A stretch of DNA of 28,490 bases from Candidatus Micrarchaeota archaeon (GTDB taxonomy: Archaea > Micrarchaeota > Micrarchaeia > Norongarragalinales > UBA8480), in contig JAZDHP010000059.1 in NCBI GenBank assembly GCA_043805855.1, positions 1 through 28,490 of the forward strand. The letters run 5' to 3'. Below are positions 25,186 to 28,490 of the stretch, piece by piece. Made by a program: the position numbers and the translations under genes. Each line of letters begins with the position of its first letter. Position 1 is the stretch's first letter. Under the pieces are notes generated by a model. It had not been told where the DNA came from. It searched no databases and saw only the letters and a list, made by a program, of their open reading frames with translations.

Positions 25186-25764
25186 CTAAACTCGCTCGCG
25201 CGGTTTTACAAAAGTTATCCTCACACTAGTTGGCACACGAGGCGCGCCTGGAATTTCTTCGTCAAAGCGATTAACGCTAGCTCTACCGCGAGATTGCGCC
25301 ATAGTTCTAGTAGAATGGCTAGCTCCTTCGTGGAGATACAACAAAGGTTTTGTAACTTCATGTTGGAAACCAGCACGCTTTGCCGCTATAATAATATCCC
25401 CTACAGAATAAAGTTTGTTATCCAAATAATGAGAAACGTAAAACCTACCCCCGGGCTTAACAACTCGCATTAATTCTCTGAAAAACACAGCTCTGTGCTC
25501 CCGTTGCAAATGGTGTATTAAATAATCTGCATTGGCAACCCGCACATTTGAGCGAGGCAACTTGCTTAGAAAATCAACAATATCCCTTTGAACAAAATAC
25601 GCATTTGGAGGTAAAACAAGGCCCCCTACCCAATCCGTATGATCAACACCTACAAAATTCCTCTTAGGGTGCTTGACGGCTAATCCTCTTATGCGCTGCA
25701 TATTCCCGCACCCTAAGTCAAGCACGTGAATTTCCCGCGGAAGCAAAGCAACAGATCCAGCCAT
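25186..25764 (-). CDS. class I SAM-dependent methyltransferase
   Basis: VLDLGCG, FVGVD, LIHHL...FFRELMRVVKPGG. Confidence 0.85.
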   Translation of the reverse strand: MAGSVALLPREIHVLDLGCGNMQRIRGLAVKHPKRNFVGVDHTDWVGGLVLPPNAYFVQRDIVDFLSKLPRSNVRVANADYLIHHLQREHRAVFFRELMRVVKPGGRFYVSHYLDNKLYSVGDIIIAAKRAGFQHEVTKPLLYLHEGASHSTRTMAQSRGRASVNRFDEEIPGAPRVPTSVRITFVKPRERV

Positions 25765-25820
25765 GGTAAAAAATGAGGAAAAGCAACGTTTTAAACCTTA
25801 CAATTGTTTACTCTTTCAAC

Positions 25821-26294
25821 ATGGACGAAAACGACGCTACAACTAACCGCTTGGCAGGAAAGCGACCGAAAACCGGCATGCCTAGCGAAGACCAACTATA
25901 CCTACCTCGTAAAGATACACTCGACGAACTACTGAACAAGCAAGGCGCAATACGCTCAAGCACATCATGGGAACTTGGAGACGTGCTGCAATTCGTTTTC
26001 CCGTCAAAGTACCGCTCAGCATACCACGGCGTTGCGGTGAGTTTCCTAAAGGCGTTGCAGGCAAACAACGGCTCGTTGACATCATCGCAGATTGGAGAAT
26101 TCGTGGAAAAAACCAAAGTGAGCAAAGCAACGTTTTACAACAAAGTACTCCCGCGCCTCGTGAGAATTGGAATGCTTGATAGAAATAGAGAGCCGACGAG
26201 TAACAAAATGACCGTAAAATGGAGCAACCAATTCGCTATATATTTAGAAAAGATCGCGTTTGAATGGAAGAGACTAGAACCAAGACAACAATAA
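25821..26294 (+). CDS. winged-helix domain protein; start revised to MDEND at 25821
   Basis: LTSSQI...VSKATFYNKVLPRLVRIGML wHTH; TTTTAAA ~28 nt upstream. Confidence 0.7.
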   Translation: MDENDATTNRLAGKRPKTGMPSEDQLYLPRKDTLDELLNKQGAIRSSTSWELGDVLQFVFPSKYRSAYHGVAVSFLKALQANNGSLTSSQIGEFVEKTKVSKATFYNKVLPRLVRIGMLDRNREPTSNKMTVKWSNQFAIYLEKIAFEWKRLEPRQQ

Positions 26295-26336
26295 AACACA
26301 TTATAAAAAAGTTAAATAAAAAGAAATTAATTTAAT

Positions 26337-26441
26337 TTAGCAACAGCCGCAGCAGCTTTTTTTCATCTTTGTGATGACTTTTTTGCGCCTTGCAATTGCT
26401 TTTTTCGTGTTTGTAGCTCGCCTTGATTTTTTACACGTCAT
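26337..26441 (-). CDS. 34-aa Lys/Arg-rich peptide ending CCGCC (MTCKKSRRATNTKKAIARRKKVITKMKKSCCGCC)
   Basis: SD GAGGGTGA upstream; open frame to TAA; T-rich terminator-like tract downstream; not in ORF track. Confidence 0.65.
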   Translation of the reverse strand: MTCKKSRRATNTKKAIARRKKVITKMKKSCCGCC

Positions 26442-26502
26442 TTATTCAATTCACCCTCTGTTTGAAACAGTATTTAAACCAACACAGTTTATCTTTATTA
26501 AA

Positions 26503-27243
26503 ATGCTGTATAGAAAAATCCTTTCAAAGGCAAAGTACCATCGAATATACGAACAGATTAAACTGCTCGTAATACTGCTAGTTGCAGTGCTAGCCTACGG
26601 CACAATCGGGTTCATGCTTTTAAAAAAAGTAGACCTGGTAAGTGCGTTTGTGACCACAATTGAATCTCTTGAATTTTTACACCAAACTGAAGCAATCCCA
26701 CACATTCGCGTCTTTCAAGCGTCACTGGTAATTTTCGGCGGCATTTTCCTATGGTATGCAGTGTGGACTTTCTTTGAGTTCATTTTAAAAGGCAAGTTAG
26801 CGAAATACATTACAGAGGTAATTCACTTAATGAAAGCTGGACGTTCAAAGAACCACGTTGTAATTTGCGGCGGCGGACGCGTCGGCAGCACACTGGCAAA
26901 AATGCTAAGCGCAAAAAATTCAGTTGTACTTATTGAAAAAGACAACGCCACGGCGTCTACACTACGCGCAGCTGGTTTAACCGTAATAAGTGGCGACGCG
27001 TTGAACGAAGAAATTCTACGCGAAGCTAACATTGAAAACGCCCGCGCGTTAGTTGCAACGATTTCATCAGGAGAAAAAAACGCGCTACTAATACTTACCG
27101 CAAAACAAATTAACCCACATCTCGAGATATACGCGCGAACTGAAGACGAGCGGCACGTGAAGAAACTAAAAAGCCTCGGGGTAAAACAAGTTATCATGCC
27201 TGAACTTGCAGGCGCAAAGGAACTTTACGCTGCATTAAAATGA
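26503..27243 (+). CDS. 2-TM potassium-channel-like protein with RCK/TrkA-N domain and degenerate pore; start revised to 26503
   Basis: YGTIGFMLL TM1, TM2, NHVVICGGGRVG, GDA...L..ANIENA, N..LILTAKQINP, VIMPELAGA. Confidence 0.85.
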   Translation: MLYRKILSKAKYHRIYEQIKLLVILLVAVLAYGTIGFMLLKKVDLVSAFVTTIESLEFLHQTEAIPHIRVFQASLVIFGGIFLWYAVWTFFEFILKGKLAKYITEVIHLMKAGRSKNHVVICGGGRVGSTLAKMLSAKNSVVLIEKDNATASTLRAAGLTVISGDALNEEILREANIENARALVATISSGEKNALLILTAKQINPHLEIYARTEDERHVKKLKSLGVKQVIMPELAGAKELYAALK

Positions 27244-28214
27244 AACACGCAGTTGGCATCGCAATAATTGCAATAGCACTACTTGCACTTTTCATCGCGC
27301 TACAGCCAAGCAATACTAAAATCGCGAGCGACTTGACAACTGCGTTGCAACCGGTAACGCCAAATTCTTTTCAAAGGCCAAACTCGACAATTCCAGTTAT
27401 TCAAAACAACACCCAACCGTACGGCGCACTTAGCGAAACAAACCAAGCACAAAATCAAGCAACTGGAAACGCAACTAACGACGGAGTGCAAACACAACCA
27501 AATACAACTAACAACACTAACTCGACGCTTGGCGGCAATTCAACTGGAAATACAACACAAAACAATACACTTACAGCACAAGCGCCACCAGCACCTCAAA
27601 ATCCTCCTGTTCAATCAGATCAAACTCCTTTACCTGAACAACCGACTCCGCCTACGCCACAATCACCGGCGCAACTATTTCCACAGCCTACTTCAACTAA
27701 CAGCGAGCCAGTTGGAAACTGGTGGAATTCAATTGTTTCAATATGCCACGACAAGTGGAACCTTGACCCGTACTTCGTTGCCGCGATTGTAAAGCACGAG
27801 AGTTGGTTCAACGAAAGCGCATTCAACGCCGGCGAGAGAACGTCATACGAAGCAGGGCAGAACAACTGGTTTGGTCAATACTACGGTAAAGGGTTAACTC
27901 AAATAACCGGACCTTGGATTGCCGGAACTCCGTTGCCTCAAGAGGTAGAATGGCAGTATAATATACCACAAGAAGCACAGCGTAGCCAAGCACCAACAAT
28001 GAACAACCCTTACAACGGGCCGGAAAACCTAGATAGAGGTTGCTGGTACATGAAAGCGCTGTACACGCGTTACAGTGGAAATTATTTGAAAGTCGCTGCT
28101 GCTTACCGCTATGGGTTTTTCGGAGTAGACGCGGGAACCTACGGCGAAACTAGCAGCTATGCACAAGAGACAAACACCTACTGGCAGAGTTACCTGCACA
28201 GCGTTGGACGTTGA
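27240..28214 (+). CDS. membrane-anchored SLT-family lytic transglycosylase with N/T/Q/P-rich linker
   Basis: LDPYFVAAIVKHESWFN (catalytic Glu), GLTQI, N..G.WY, AAAY..G; ATGA overlap with the channel gene. Confidence 0.82.
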   Translation: MKHAVGIAIIAIALLALFIALQPSNTKIASDLTTALQPVTPNSFQRPNSTIPVIQNNTQPYGALSETNQAQNQATGNATNDGVQTQPNTTNNTNSTLGGNSTGNTTQNNTLTAQAPPAPQNPPVQSDQTPLPEQPTPPTPQSPAQLFPQPTSTNSEPVGNWWNSIVSICHDKWNLDPYFVAAIVKHESWFNESAFNAGERTSYEAGQNNWFGQYYGKGLTQITGPWIAGTPLPQEVEWQYNIPQEAQRSQAPTMNNPYNGPENLDRGCWYMKALYTRYSGNYLKVAAAYRYGFFGVDAGTYGETSSYAQETNTYWQSYLHSVGR

Positions 28215-28268
28215 TAAAATACTCGCTATACAAATGCGTTTAAAAACTAAAATTATCTAAACTTTAAC

Positions 28269-28361
28269 ATGAGCTTTCTCGTTGCAGTTGCAATTATTTT
28301 AACCGCGGCATTTACTCCGATAATTATAAACCTAGTTCGCAAAGCGAAAAACAAAGGTTGA
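28269..28361 (+). CDS. 30-aa single-TM micro-protein (MSFLVAVAIILTAAFTPIIINLVRKAKNKG)
   Basis: TTTAAAAA ~25 nt upstream; hydrophobic helix plus basic tail; stops 4 nt before the CYTH gene. Confidence 0.45.
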   Translation: MSFLVAVAIILTAAFTPIIINLVRKAKNKG

Positions 28362-28365
28362 CAAA

Positions 28366-28490
28366 ATGGCACAAGATGACACTGAAATTGAAATCAAGCT
28401 AGAAGTTGACGAAAATACACTTGCAAAGCTGCGCAAAACACTGGAAGTAAATGGAAAGTTTGAAAAAACCGCAACGCAAGTAGATGAATA
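28366..28490 (+). CDS. CYTH-domain protein (class IV adenylate cyclase/triphosphatase), 5' part, truncated by the window end
   Basis: MAQDDTEIEIKLEV (ExExK)...QVDEY. Confidence 0.75.
   Translation, partial: MAQDDTEIEIKLEVDENTLAKLRKTLEVNGKFEKTATQVDE

Noticed and set aside
26371..26502. Long N-terminal extension of the channel ORF
   Set aside because: A TATA element at 26471-26478 fits a start at 26503, and the region encodes a better-supported antisense micro-ORF
27430..27710. DNA tandem repeat in the transglycosylase linker
   Set aside because: Low-complexity N/T/Q/P coding sequence without a discrete repeat unit
382..27865. Numerous short antisense or alternate-frame ORFs in the track (e.g. 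1877-2359, 13127-13486, 14175-14579, 23433-23789, 26823-27197)
   Set aside because: They lie within well-supported genes and have no recognisable motifs, so they are treated as shadow ORFs

Overview
Gene-dense archaeal chromosome segment, most likely DPANN (Micrarchaeota/Iainarchaeota/Woesearchaeota-like). This is inferred from TATA boxes about 25-30 nt upstream of leaderless starts, GGTGA Shine-Dalgarno motifs, TrmB and HTH_10 regulators, a class III signal peptide, an intein-containing RtcB and BHB tRNA introns. The left third (0.8-9.9 kb) is the most unusual part. It holds three tandem divergent cassettes, each a TrmB regulator plus an NMT1/SsuA-type binding protein with its own palindromic operator and no permease or ATPase in the window. 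These are followed by two PEP-utiliser His-domain proteins lacking an ATP-grasp domain, an HTH_10 regulator, and a ~280-nt highly structured non-coding element with three periodic CACAA..TTGTG hairpins. The middle has a degenerate dCTP deaminase/dUTPase, an MtrA-like/ThyA/DUF4346 fusion, MazEF, RtcB with a 473-aa LAGLIDADG intein, and a two-intron tRNA-Ser(CGA) missed by the ORF track. The right part has a racemase, cytidine deaminase, TspO, matrixin, a beta-propeller lipoprotein, a frameshifted DUF5680-like gene, ferredoxin, a pilin-like LamG protein, a methyltransferase, a K+ channel homologue lacking TVGYG, an SLT lytic transglycosylase and the start of a CYTH gene. Several unannotated micro-ORFs are also present. 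All family assignments come from motif recognition by eye; no database searches were run.
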